Of a stretch of 64,000 nt of DNA, positions 13,197 to 25,936 are shown piece after piece (positions within the stretch are counted from its first letter, which is position 1; every line of letters starts with the position of its first letter). The translations under genes and the position numbers were made by a program. Origin of the DNA: Marsupella aquatica (lineage: Eukaryota; Plantae; Marchantiophyta); assembly GCA_973895155.1 (NCBI GenBank), contig OZ316899.1, positions 7,195,241 through 7,259,240 of the forward strand. The letters are read 5' to 3'. The notes under the pieces were generated by a model, which ran no database searches, was not told the DNA's origin, and saw only the letters and a program-made list of their open reading frames with translations.

Positions 13197-13539
13197 AACA
13201 TTTGAGTTCCACAGAACAGAGCGGAACTCACAGAACAAAACTCAACAGATATCAATAGACAACCGCCAACCTCAATGAGCTGAGGCTCAAGTCTTAAGTA
13301 GCATCGGAAACCCAACCATCCAGCCTGAGCCAGCTGCCATCAGCGAGGCTCATCCAAACTCCAAGCCTGGTGACTCACCCAAACACCAAACCTGGTGACG
13401 GCGAGTCATCCAATCACCAAACCTCAATCCATCCAACCAAGCAGCCCCTCCGAGTCAGCATGCATGCAACCCAACCGGGAGGCCTCGCCCATCATTCCCT
13501 ATAAAAGCCATTCCTGAGCCAAAATCTTTTGGCACGACA
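13197..13539 (-). repeat. Partial 5' LTR of element X
   Basis: High similarity to 10558-10900; ends CACGACA. Confidence 0.85.
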
Positions 13540-13950
13540 CCGTTGAGTTTGAAGTACACACTCCACGGGTCAGCATTCGGGATCGCTTACCCGAACCTGA
13601 AAGTTCGTCAGACCGAGCTTATCAGATTGAAGCCTTAGAAGAGGCCCAGCTACTGGCAGCTTGACACGCCGTAAAACAGCAGGCTGCGTCCAAGAAGCAG
13701 CACAACAAAGGACTACGGAAGGTCGACGTCGTGACGGGCGATCTAGTCCTGCTGTAATATAGTAGGTACATGCAGTTTCCGGGGAAGCTTCACACCCATT
13801 GGTTAGGGCCTTTCCTAGTCAATCAGATCTACCCTAACGGATCTTTGGAACTCGCGACGTACGCCGGCAATTTACTCCCCACGCGAGTCAGTTACAATAG
13901 TGTGAAGAAGTACCACCATCAAGACGACAACACCGATAGTGATGTTCGCG
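13540..13950 (+). pseudogene. G1 integrase C-terminus (GPY/F module)
   Basis: VEFEVHTP...GDLVLL...FPGKLHTHWLGPFLV..NGSLEL..VKKYH, parallel to the G2 integrase end. Confidence 0.85.
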
Positions 13951-14896
13951 AGGACGCTTCACAATTAAGCAGGGAGCTATGTGACGCCGCTGGTATGGTG
14001 GGTAATGAGTGATTTGGTCTAATGACGCTTAGCATGCATGTTAGGGGTATCTTAGGCCGTAAGTATTAGCATAACAACAGTATTTAGGTAGCCATTATGA
14101 GTAGGAAATCATTAGTCAATAAGGGGCGTTTGTGTTTGGGCTGGCGGCGGGTCGCCATTCGCACGCCCGAGTTGCGAGCGTGTAATGGGCCCTCACCTTT
14201 CCCCCTCAGGTCCGTATAACAAACTTCGGGAGGCGGCCACTGACACGAATTGACCCGGACCGGCAGAGTGGCCGGTACATTGCAAGCGTGAAAGGCTCGG
14301 CCTATAAGCAACAAGGAGGCGTCGGGCGATTGATGAGCTCTTTGGGTATAAAAAGGGGGCCAATCCTTTGCAGTGCACCAGTTCTTTAGTCCACGTGCCA
14401 ACTTTGACCCTAGTTCTCTCGCTTATCCTTAGTCGCCTTCTATCTCCTCTGAATGTCACACACAATCCTTTCCAGTTCAGCCATATGATTTTGGACGCAG
14501 TTCCTGTCTATCGGAGGGCACTTGGCCAACTCATTGAAACACGCCAACCCGCGCCAATACAAAATTGAACGCAAATACAAGAGAGCCATCCGCCTAGCAG
14601 GCCGCCACCACTATCTCCTTAACTTTGATTACCCGTCCCAGAGTGAGCTTTACCAACCCAAAGAGATATCAGGGTACTTCTTCAACGGAGGTAAATATAT
14701 CGGCTTCTGGGAGACACTGTTTTGGCTTTTGGACGAGGTCTTCAATATCCCAGGCACGATCAACTTACAGCGGCACCACTTTGACCACATCCCCGCTCGG
14801 GTCCGGGACATCATCAACAGCGAGTCCAGCACTACCCAGTCTACAAGGGTGTCTACACGTGCTTCAGAAAACCTCTACCGGCACCTGCAGAATTTC

Positions 14897-17800
14897 ATGG
14901 CAACCGTACCATCGACCACCGGTGTCGGTGTCCTGAGGATAAGCAAAGAGGTGGGAAAAGAGGCTCAAGGGACACGCAGGGTGTATGGCTGCTTGAGATA
15001 GGAAATGGTTGCAAACAAGATAAAGTAGACCCTAAGCACTTCCTTTCATCCACATCATCACAAGCAAGCAAGCATGCATGCTTTCGAAACTCAAGCCATT
15101 TACATACTCATATCCAATCACAATCAAAATAACTAGTTCAAGCTTCCCAATGTAATCCTCACAAGTCTAAGGCCAACATTCAATTGGTCACCATTCCTTT
15201 TCCAACACTTGATTGCACACAATCCCTTGCAACCTTCTAAGGTACACAAGTTCAAGTGTACATTCAATGTGGTCAAGTTAAGGGTCACTCTTGGTTGTGG
15301 CTAAGACAAGTGGGACATCCAAAGGTATGCAAGGCATCTCTATGCACCATTCAAACATCCAACTTTTGAAACATGGGAAACTACTTTCGAAAAGTGACCT
15401 AGGGTTGGTCAACAAACTCCTTAACAAACATGGAATTGACCTTAGTCCCTTCCTCTAGTAGAACCACCAAGTATAATCCACAAACAACCCAATCCATCAA
15501 TCGAAAATGCCTTCACTCTTTACTCTTGCAACTTCCCTCATGCATAATAACTACTTTCGAAAGTACCTTCATTCAATCCATCTACTTTCAAAAACACCTT
15601 CAAGCTCACAACAACATTCAAAAATGGCATGAAGACATTCATTCTAACCATTCCATCACTCATAGCCAAAGCAAGGCATCAACACACATCTCAAAAACGA
15701 GGATACCTCTCCTCTAAATGCATAGCAAGAAGGCACATGTAGCATCATGGCCTCCAAGTAAAAACATGGGTCACAAGCAAGACCCTCCTAGCAAAAATGA
15801 ATCATCACCAAGTCTAATCATCAACCAAGCATTCAAAATCCCTCCATAGCCTATCCAAGCTTCAAAACCCTAGTCTCCTTCTCTCATACTTCCTTCTATC
15901 AACCAAATCTACTTTCAAAGCTTCAAGTCAAGGAGTTTACAAGAGAGTAGTCCTTCTTAGTGAGCCATCTCTAATGCAAGACTCCCAAGCTTCAACAAGA
16001 TTAGGTCTCATCTCCTCTAAGCTTTCAAAAATCTCCTACAAGTCCATTCTCCTCAAAAACTTGAAGCAACAAACCTACATTCGAGTATGCCTTCTTGTGG
16101 GCAATCTCTCATGAAATCTCCTTATACTTCCTACTCACATCCTACCTCCTTCCTAAGGCTTCGAGTCAGCCTCTCCTACATTCGAAACCTCTCTCCAAAT
16201 CCCTAGAAAAACCATCACAAAACTCAATCTCTTCACATTCAAAGCTTCTACTCCATCTATCTCTTCGCAAAATTGCCTCTACATCTCCTACCCTCAAAAT
16301 CCTAAGGCCATGGCCAAGGAGGAGGGCTCCCCCTTCACTCATGCCTCATGCTCGAGCTCCCCTCAAGAGGTTCGCTCCTACAACTAAAAATGGGACTTAA
16401 CACTCCAAAACGGCAAAACGGCAGCACTTTAGCAGCATCTAACCTCCGAACCCTTGGCCACTCGAACTTCCTCCTTTAGTATCCACGTGGGAAGGCCCAG
16501 GGCATCCACAAGCTCCTCCACTTATGGTTTTAATCCTCGTTGAATCACAGCCCTTGATCTCACACCAATTAGATCAAACGGCCAAAAATGAGCCAAAAAA
16601 CCCCTCCTTAGTAACTTGCAAACCAAAAGAGCTTTGACCTTTTTGAAAAATCCACGACCTCCACCAAGCCCTAACTCACATCTCCACCTTCAATCCAAAC
16701 CATCCATTAACCAAAACCAGGATCCACCGTTGAAGTAGATACATTGAATCTGGTCCATTTAACACAAAAATCTGAATCTGGTCCAAATCTCACAAAACTG
16801 ATGCACTTGGTCCAAACCCTCTTACATGCCTTGAACCTGGTCACCTCCTCCATGTATTCAATGAACCTGGTCACCATGTTGCCAAAACCTAAATACCTTG
16901 CTTGTCGAGCAAGCAACCTCCATTCCGCCGATCCGCCAAATGATAACTTAATCACTGGTCACAAATGAAAAACATACCCCTCAATAGTAACAAGGGTGGA
17001 TAGGCTCGACCTCATCCCTACCTTGACCCTCATAACTCTACTTCCTCCTTCACCTTGGTCAAGTTAGCTCAAGTCAAGTCAACTTGCCCAAGTTAGAAGC
17101 AAAATTGGTTTCAACTTCCTTCACAAAACATGAGGATTCCTCCTTTAGGATGGAAACCTCATGACATCGGCCCAGCCGTACCCGTGCCCGCACCAGCACC
17201 AGCTCAGGCTCAGCTTCAGCCTCAGCCTCAACCTAGCCAATCCCCACCGCCGGTCGCCCCGCCAGTACAAGTATGCTCCGTCATCAACGCTGTGGACCTC
17301 AGCGATGATGACAAGGCTACCCCACCATTGCTTAGGCGTCCTAGAGGAGCGAGCACTTAGGGAGCCGGCACTACATCGCCCCCTCCCCAGGCCTAGACCC
17401 AAGTAACAGCTCCAGCAGACAACACGGTGGTCGTAGCCACCCCGGCCCCAATACTAATGGCGGTGGCACTACCTATACCCGATCGAGAGGATGGGGAGGT
17501 GTCACCCTCCCTGAGCCAGTCTCCGGGAAAGAAGAGGAAGGAACCCGCAGCTGTATACGGGTTACCCATGGCCACGATAGCCGCGGCCAAGGTGACAATG
17601 CACCGCATGGGGGAGAACATGCATAAGAACATCCTCCACCCCAAACATGCGGTGTACTTGAAAACTCAGGGGTTCGAGCACCTCGCCTCTCTCCCCTGGA
17701 ACACCTGCAGGTACTACGGGGAGGACATGACAGAATTCGTCAAGAATTATGACGATGTCCGTCAGCATACTCGGCTGCGGGGGAGGAATATGTCCCTCAC

Positions 17801-19325
17801 AGAGGAGCAGCTCAGGATGATCTTTGGGCTACTCGAGGGAGATCACCGAGTCAAATCATGGGCTCCCGGGGGCAAAGTAGCCAAGTACCAATCCTTGAGT
17901 TTTCCCTCTGAGGGGTCAGTGGACAACGGGTTCGTGATAAGGACCTGCCTCATCCCCAAGATAGCCGAGCGGCTGGAGTTCCAGAGGTACGCCCTCCACG
18001 TGATGGAACCCCGGGGCGAGATCTCCGCTGCCCAGGTTATCCAAGTCAAGAACTATCGACCTAGGAAGTGGGCGTCGTACTTTGCTAAGAAGTTCCATGA
18101 AGAGATGGAGCAGCGAAGGAAGGCGCTATACATTGGCGGGAAGTCGTATTTTGCAAGCCACATCAAGATCATCCTTGAGTGGTACGCCCGGTTTGATTGA
18201 TGAACCCTTCCCCGGGTCAACGTAACTAAGTTGGTCCCAGCTAGGTGGGTCTTCCCGGCTTTGGAGAGATGGCCTCAACCCGAGGCCCGAAGTCCAGCGG
18301 CCACGCAGGCCTCACCCACCCCACCTCTACAAGTAGCTGTAGTCGTGGCCAAAGAGGTACTGAACAAGGCAGTGATTGCAACATTAGATGCGATCAACCA
18401 GGCCAGGCCAAGTACCGAAGTCGGGACGGTGGAGGCCTTACCCAAGCCCGAGGGGCCAGAAGACCCACCGGTGGCTACTTCGGAGGACAGGATGATGATG
18501 GAGGAGGATACTCCAGCCCCTTCCAACACTACATCCCTAGGGCTGGATGTCACTACCCAGGCCCCCGCGCGAGTTGACATCTGCCCGTGCCCAAATCCGG
18601 ACAGGCACAACCTGGACCACCCGGAACTCTTCATACCGGGTACATTTCTGAACGGGATTTTGGGAGATTTCTCTCAACAGATTGCCCCAGATACCGGGGA
18701 GTTCATGGCCCGGAATGTAGCCTACTTCTTCAATCAGGAGTTGGTTACCGTTGTAAAGGCAGGTTGGGCCCAGTGGGAGGCCCTTCAGAGGATAGAGCGG
18801 TACCGGGATGAGTCCGTGTACCTAAAGGACAAAGTTGCAGCTCAAGAGGCTGAGCTTCTGCAACTACGACCCAAGGTTGCAGCCGCCGATGAGTTGTTAG
18901 CAAATGCGCACGCCCTTATCGCCCTAGCCGAACAGGCCAAAGCTGGGAAGGAGGTCAAGATTGCACGGCTCCGGACCCAGATTGACAGTTTGAAGAATCA
19001 AACTGTAATCTGGCAGAAAGACCTGGAGGAGGCCAAAGAGCGGGCCCAGCATGACACTGCAGAGATAGCCGCCCTACAGGCCAAAGTAGCATGGCTTCAA
19101 ACCAAAGCCGAGAAGCAAAACCAGATGGTGGGCAAGCTGACAAGCAACGCCTAGAAGCTGGAAGAGGCATGCCAAGAGGCAGCGGAGGAGACGGACGCGG
19201 CAAAGCAAGAGAATGAATCTCTGTTGGACCAAGTCTAGCTCCTCAAGATGGACAACAACAGACTCCGTAGGCAGCAGGATGGCCGCTCCCACTCGGACGG
19301 CTCTGGCAAGCGCACCAGGCATTAA
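14897..19325 (+). pseudogene. LTR-encoded accessory protein of G1 (Pro-rich N-terminus, Transposase_32/Athila-ORF-like core, coiled coil), ~730 aa ancestral
   Basis: MATVPSTTGVG joins GPAVPVPAP once 14929-17170 is removed. ORF pieces at 17130, 17427 and 18231 share one frame, broken only by TAG/TGA stops; ends TAA 19323-19325. May start further upstream (open from 14522). Confidence 0.75.
14929..17166. mobile_element. Solo LTR (2.2 kb, non-coding)
   Basis: Termini TGTCCTGAGG / CCTCATGACA (10-bp IR, 1 mismatch); 4-bp TSD TCGG; interrupts the G1 LTR ORF. Confidence 0.9.
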
Positions 19326-20206
19326 CGGAGGGTTAGGCTTAGAATAGAACTAGGAGTAGCTAAAACAGGTTGTTAGGACAAGTGCCGGCCAAAAGATAGC
19401 GGTGTTGACACATTAGCCAGCCTGTGTAGAATAGGTTAGACTAATAGGACAAGCCGTAACTAGCTTAGCGAGGATATAAGTTAGCGTAGATTCGGGCACG
19501 AGGCCAGGCTGGTCCTCAGCCCTTAGTATTTAGCAGCCCCTTGGTAGAGGCAAGGGGGGGATTTTAGACTTAGAAGTTGGCCATTTGCGGTACGCATGGG
19601 GAGTCCCAAACTTGGTGAAGTACCGGAGTGCCAAGGGGAGGGTATACGACTAAGCTTGTTGGGCGAGTGCGGAGCCGGGCTCTGTTGTAGTGTATACTCC
19701 TTGGCCTTGGGCCCGTGCGTTCACGAGGTGTCGGGTCAACCAATCGTAAGTGTATGATCATAAATGAATGAAATCTTTTCTCCTCAATTCCTTTGTGTAA
19801 ATTGAGATTTATGTTTATGTGTAAATGCATGTATGAGTCTCGTGTGCAAGTATCAATGTCGGGCCGAACACGTTATGCCAAGCATGCACGGGGTGCAAGT
19901 TACGGATACGGGGTTGCAAGCCAGGGTTGAGCACTTGTACTAATAGGATCCGGATCAAAGGTGGTAACACGAAGGCTTAGAAGTCCGTAAGCCAGGGTCG
20001 ACCCCGTGTTGACTAAGGTACGTTCCGGCGGCGGAACACAAACTATACCTAGGAGGTGTCTGTACATAACAGTAAGCGCACTTAGCGCTAGTTTACGTGA
20101 GTTAGGAGCATTCCGTGCGTCCCTCCCTGCCCGAACCCTCATATTTACAAAGGATGTGCCTGTCTAAGCCAAAGTCCGGGTTAAGGCCTAGGCTGACGAC
20201 GTGACA

Positions 20207-23200
20207 TTTGGGATTTGAGAAATTCGAGCCCACTAATCGGTTCCTGAGAATGGCGGACCAAACTTGGGTTGCTCCAGTTGGAATTTTACAAAATGTGGAT
20301 ACAATAATTGGAGGAATTACATTTCCTTTGGTGTATGTAATTATTCGACCCTCTTCTCCTTCCAATTTTCCAATCCTGTTAGGGCGGCCTTGGCTGTATG
20401 GTGTCGGGGTGAAAGTTAATTGGACTATGAAGGAATTGACTTTCGGTACTCTCCGAGTGATAGTAAGCTGGGACGTAGATCCTCACCAAAGTGAGACAGA
20501 GATGGACGAAGGCTATACTTCCAATTCCACGGTCACATCGATAGACTCTGATTCAGTCAGAAACAAGACCAAGCGACAAAAAGAAGATGACGTGAGATTC
20601 CTCGACATTTTTGAATTTGATGCTCCAGAAATTCCGGAAATAACCGCTGTAATTGCAAATCTGGAAATATCAGCAAATCCGGATCAGGCACACTTCAGCC
20701 GAAAAGTTCTGGTTTTATACTCTAATCCGGAAAGGACTCTAAAGCCGGTTTACAACCTGCATGACGCCAGGACCCTTCCTACCTAAGTACTGAAGGGATA
20801 GTACTGGAGTCAAATCTAGGATCTTGGATGGGGAGGGCGTCGTAATTGACCAAGAAGGTGTCAGCGCCGAGTTCTTACCAGAAGAAGCAAAAGGATTGAC
20901 CATTGAACCTATGGGTTTTACTGAAGGGATAGTAGACCCACGAGCTTGTCAAAAGGTGGAGATTGAACCTGGAATTTTTTTGAATATTAGCAATCATATT
21001 CAGGGTGACCTGCAAACTAAGTATGTGGAATTGTTGAAGCAATATAGGGATGTCTTTGCCTGGAGCCATACTGATATCAAAGGCATACCCCCTTATCTGG
21101 GACAACTTCGGATAGACTTGGTTGAAGGAGCAGTTCCAATTAGGCAAAGGCAATATCACCTAAATCCAAAATACTCCATAATGGTGCAGGATGAGATTGA
21201 TAAGCTAACTCAAGTCGGATTCATTTTTCCAGTCCTAAGCAGTGAGTGGGTTTCTCCCATAGTTATTGTGCCTAAGAAACCAGGTCCGGATGGAAAAGTT
21301 AAAATCCGGGTTTGTCAAGATTTTTGGAAGTTGAATGCAGCCACCAGGAAGGACCATTACCCCTTACCTTTCATTGACATCATTCTAGATACGGTTGCAG
21401 GACATGATCTTTTCAGTTTCCTTGATGGTTACTCTAGATACAACCAAATTTCAGTCAGGGAGGACCGCGACAAGACCACGTTCACCACGGACTGGGGCAC
21501 ATATGCTTTTTCGGTAATGCCATTTGGACTCTGCAATGCCCCAGGAACTTTTCAGAGGACCGTGATGATTATTTTTCAAGAATACCTTCATCAATTTTTA
21601 GAAATTTTTATTGATGATTTCTGTGTTTTCAGTACGGAAGAAGAGCATCTGGAGAAGCTGAGATTAACTTTCCAGATGCCGAGAAGCTCGCCTTTGCTTA
21701 CATCCAGAAAAATGTTTCATGGGGATGCAAAAAGGAGTGTTGTTGGGACATGTGATCTCTCAAAAAGGGATCAAAGTGGATGCTGAAAAAGTGAAGATTA
21801 TTCAAAATCTTCAACCCCCTGCTAATTTAAGGGAGTTGAGAGCATTTTTAGGTCATGTGGGATACTACCAAAGATTTATTCGTAAATATGCTGAGATTGC
21901 GATGCCCTTGACCCAGTTATTGAAGAAGGATGTTGAATATACCAGGACGGAAGCTCGGCAAATAGCTTTCCAAAATCTGAAAGATAAGTTGGTGTCTGCC
22001 CCTGTGCTGATACCACCTGATTGGGATAAACCTTTCCATGTGTACATTGACGCTTCAGCATTTTGTGTTGGAGCAATCCTTAGTCAGAAGGATGAAGCTG
22101 GTAAGGACCATCCTATCTTCTATGCTAGTAGACAAATGAACCCTACTGAGAAGAACTATACTGTCACGGAAAGGGAAGCATTGGCTGTGGTGTTTGCGTG
22201 TAAGAAGTTCAGACATTACTTGTTGGGCTATCCTACGGTATTTCACACTGATCATTCTTCGCTGAAATATTTAGTCAATCAAACTGATCTTTCCGGAAGA
22301 ATTGCTAGATGGGTTCTTTTACTACAAGAATTTGACTTTACTGTGGAAGTTCGACCCGGAAAACATCATGAGAATGCTGATTTCCTCTCGAGATTAGACG
22401 GTGAGGCGAACGAATCTCCATTGAATGATCAATTTCCGGATGAAGACATTTTCTGTGTCCATGAGGAGGATTCCTGGTATGCAGATATCATCAAACTTCT
22501 GACTTTGGGTGTTTTACCAAAGAATCTGAACAAGGAGCAACAAGCAGTCTTCATCCATAAGGTTGGACCTTATACCTTACGAGAAGGTGTGTTGTACAAG
22601 CAGACTCTAGACCAAGAGTTAAAGCGATGTCTTGAGAAGAAGGAGACCAAGACTGTAATTCAGGCCATGCATACAGAAGAGGTCGGTGGACATTATGTGT
22701 TAATGAACACTGTGAAGAAAATCTGGAATGCTGGATATTGGTGGCCGACCATGTATAAGGATACTCAGTCCTACATCCAAGCTTGTGATCCATGTCAGAG
22801 AATGGGTAAACCTACTTCCACTTCTCATTGGCCTTTAACTCCTATCATGCCTTTAGCACCTTTTGAGAAGTGGGGCATAGATTTTGTGGGTCCCATTCAA
22901 CCTCCCTCGGCCAGAACCAGAAATTGATACATTATTCTTGCCACAGATTATGCAACAAAGTGGGTAGAAGCTCGAGCAACCAGGAAAAATGATGCTCAGA
23001 CAGCAACTAAATTCATTTTTGAAAGTATCTTGGTCAGATTTGGTTGCCCTTTAGAGTTGGTGAGAGATAGAGGTCTTCATTTTCTCAACAGTACTATCCA
23101 AAGTCTCACAGATACATATATGATCCGCCATAGAAAAACCACCCCTTACAATCCTAAAGCTAATGGACTCACTGAAAAAGCTAACGGGTTGATGGAACGC

Positions 23201-23731
23201 ATATTACTAAAGACAGTGGCTGGAAACAAGTCAGATTGGGATGTAAAATTACATTCCGCCTTATGGGCATATCGAACAGCTAAGAAAATTACAACTAAGC
23301 AAACTCCTTTTTACTTGGTTTATGGACTCCATAGTATAGTTCTAGTGGAATTTGAGGTGCCCACTTACCGGATTTCTGATACCACCCGGTTGGATGAGGA
23401 GTCAAGTCAGACTATCAGGTTACAGAATTTGGAGAAGTTAGAAGAAGATCGCCATTATGCTTTGATTGAGACCGAGAAACAACAATTGGGACGTGCAGGG
23501 CGGTATGATTCTAAGCTTAAAGAAGTGAAGATTGTACCAGGTGATTTGGTTCTGCTTTTTGATAATCGTTACATGTTGTTTCCGGGGAAGCTTCATACCA
23601 AATGGCTTGGACCTTACAAGGTAAGAGAGATATTTGCTAATGGTTCTTTACAATTGGAGGATTTACAAGGCAAAGTTTTATTAACTCGAGTTAATGGATC
23701 TCGCGTTAAGAAATATCACTCCACCTCTTGA
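20207..23731 (+). pseudogene. Gypsy G2 pol (protease C-terminal part, RT, RNase H, integrase)
   Basis: PILLGRPWL, SEWVSPIVIVPKK, FIDDF, YIDAS, WGIDFVGP, WLGPYKV; a few frameshifts and stops; paralogous to G1 pol. Confidence 0.92.
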
Positions 23732-24290
23732 CGGTTTGCGAGGGCGCTGCACCGGTTGGGGAGGGAGTTATGTGATACCATGGTTATGATTAAAGAAATG
23801 AAAAAGTGCAAAAATTTTAAAAATTTCAACTTTTAGTGGTTAACGGAGTATAATTTGACCAGAGAGGACCATAAAAAAAATTTGCAGTATGAAATCCAGA
23901 AATATCCGGATAGCACCCTTTTTCAGAACTCTTAAGTAACGGCACCGTCGAGCCATGAGAGAAGGCGTGGGAGAATGAATATTAAAACCATAAGTCTGAT
24001 GTCCGACCGGAGACCGGAAGTTGGCAACCGAGTTCTTAAGACCACGCCAGACCGAGCATTCCTCACACCACCAAACTGCTGCGGAAATTTTTTGCGAGGA
24101 ATCACAGGAGAGATTAGAGCCGGACGAGGCTACCATTTTGAGGCATTAATTGAAAGGAAGTTGGTTATGGGGGAAGTGGGTGGTCGTTTGATTGAGAGGG
24201 GAAGTTCGCTACTTGATTGAGATTTCCGGATTTGATAATTCCGGATTTTGAAGGGATTTTAATTTGGATTCTTTCCCTCCATCTCCTCAT

Positions 24291-25936
24291 CATGGTGAAG
24301 AGAAAGGACCCGGATTTTTCCCCAGACAAATCCGGAATCCGGACGCTACCGAAGCGGACGACCAAGGAGCGGACAGTCATTGTGAATGAAAAGCCACTAC
24401 GACCGGAGATTCCCATGGATTTGGCATGGAAGGACCACTTACAAAAGAACCTTGAGAAAATGGGTTGTGCAAAGTTGATGGAGTTGCCATGGGGATACCA
24501 GAGTGCAGTATTTGTGAAGGGGAATCGCACGACCCTTGCTTTGGAATTTCCGGATTCGATTAGAGCCAAACCGGAAAAGTGGACCGCGACAGTTATCTCG
24601 TCGCTTTTGGATGTGCCTTTGAAGGGAGAAGGCTTCCTGACCTCTAAGAATGACTTTGTGGATAACTATTTTGATGGAGAAGTCAATCCGAAAGATGGCT
24701 GGAAGGTGTCCTAGTTTGTAATGAGGAGTTTTTTGACGTTCTGTCCTTTTTGCTCCCACTTCTTTCCCGTGCCAAGCCTCAACAAGTTACAATCCGGATT
24801 GGGAATACGATTGCTGCTTCTTACATAGGAGAGAAGAAGATTTCTTGGGCCAAATTTTTGGAGGAAGTTATAGCCAACCAGGTCCGGAATCTTCATTTGA
24901 AAACCCCCACATCCCTTTTCTTGTTATCTAGCCAATCTTTACGCAATGGACCAAATTCTTACAGATGAAGAAGCGGAGGAGTATGAGAATCAAGCCATGT
25001 TGGCTCAACTCGGAGATCCGGATCGACAGCCATCTAAGGGGACTGAATCAGAAGAAGAACCGGTTGTGGAAGTGCGACCTCCTAGGATGCAGAAGAGATT
25101 AGTACAGAGTCCGGAACCGGATCCTATTGAAGATCCGGAACCTGTCCGGAGACCGGAAAGTAGAGGAAGTCTTTTGAGTGTGACCCCCAATTCGAAGTGG
25201 ACGGCATCAGCAAAGTTGGAGAGTGCGACCGGAAAGATGAAGCAACTTGAGGATCTGGTTGGGACGGTTGCTGAGATGCTCAACTGCAGTCCAGTTGTCA
25301 TCGTTTTGACTTTGGACATGGTGATTAAGAGTCAGGCTAAGAAGCGGATCTGGGACTTAGAGGATCAGGCCTTCAAGGACAGAGAGAAGATTGACTCTTT
25401 GGTGGACCAGTTGGATGTTGCACAGAAGAAGTTGGAGGAACACCTGAAGATCCGGAAATTACTGAATGCTGCAGTTACTAGTGTTCAGGAGGCTATTCAT
25501 GTACCAGCCCTAGGCTTGTTGGAAGCTAACCTGATTGATAAGTATTTAGCGACAGCCAACCCAGGCACCCTTGCCAAGGTTATTGAGTGCAATAACCGCT
25601 TTTCCAAGAAGATCACAGGAGCGTTTGATCAGATGGAGAAAGTGATTTCGGATGCGAAGTCCATGTTGACCCCTGCCAGAATCCGGAACTTCTTTGGTGC
25701 TGCAAGATGAAAATGAAGCAGGAGGCACCCCACCCGGATTTGAGAAGGTTGAGTTCCATTTTCCGTCAGTGTCACCTCCAACTATCAGTTCAGGACATTG
25801 TTCACATTTTGATTTGAAGGACTTGGAGGCTACTGCGAGTTTAGGGACACCTCCTTCTCTGAAACCTACTAGTCTAGTTGATACTACACTTGAGCCAGCT
25901 AGAGTAGAGCTAGGAGATGATAGCCCAGTAGCTTAG
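24291..25936 (+). pseudogene. LTR-encoded accessory protein of G2, ~550 aa, disrupted
   Basis: MVKRKD..KMGCAKLMELPWG..PKDGWKV..KPQQVTIRIGNT..ISWAKF, then coiled coil; split over four ORF-track pieces. Confidence 0.65.

Larger units (their letters stand above)
7723..13539 (-). mobile_element. Non-autonomous Gypsy-type LTR element X inserted in the G1 integrase
   Basis: Termini TGTCG...CGACA; 4-bp TSD TCGT/CCGT. Removing it restores G1 integrase VLVEFEVH. 10558-10900 is repeated at ~13197-13539. The PPT lies in reverse at 10901-10909. Confidence 0.85.
4339..20206 (+). mobile_element. Ty3/Gypsy non-chromovirus LTR retrotransposon G1 (3' part), with nested insertions
   Basis: PR-RT-RH-INT order; PPT AAGCAGGGAGCTA followed by TGTGACG at 13980; ends ...CGTGACA at 20206, directly followed by protease codons of G2. 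Confidence 0.8.
13980..20206 (+). repeat. G1 3' LTR (~4.0 kb after removing the nested solo LTR), containing a long ORF
   Basis: PPT then TGTGACG; end CGTGACA; TATA-like GGGTATAAAA near 14344; U5 hairpin motif shared with the solo LTR at 48869-53582. Confidence 0.7.

Noticed and set aside
14929-17166. Short ORFs in the 2.2-kb solo LTR, and most short antisense ORFs in the track
   Set aside because: They are low-complexity or shadow frames of real ORFs, with no motifs.
17427-19154. Accessory ORFs as retroviral env
   Set aside because: No signal peptide or transmembrane segment is visible; the proteins are charged coiled-coils with basic patches.
19541-19570. Purine tract AGAGGCAAGGGGGGG as an alternative PPT for G1
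   Set aside because: It is not followed by TG, whereas the AGGGAG(C/T)TA|TGTGA junction is shared by G1 and G2 and matches the start of the TSD-flanked solo LTR. Not fully excluded without the 5' LTR.
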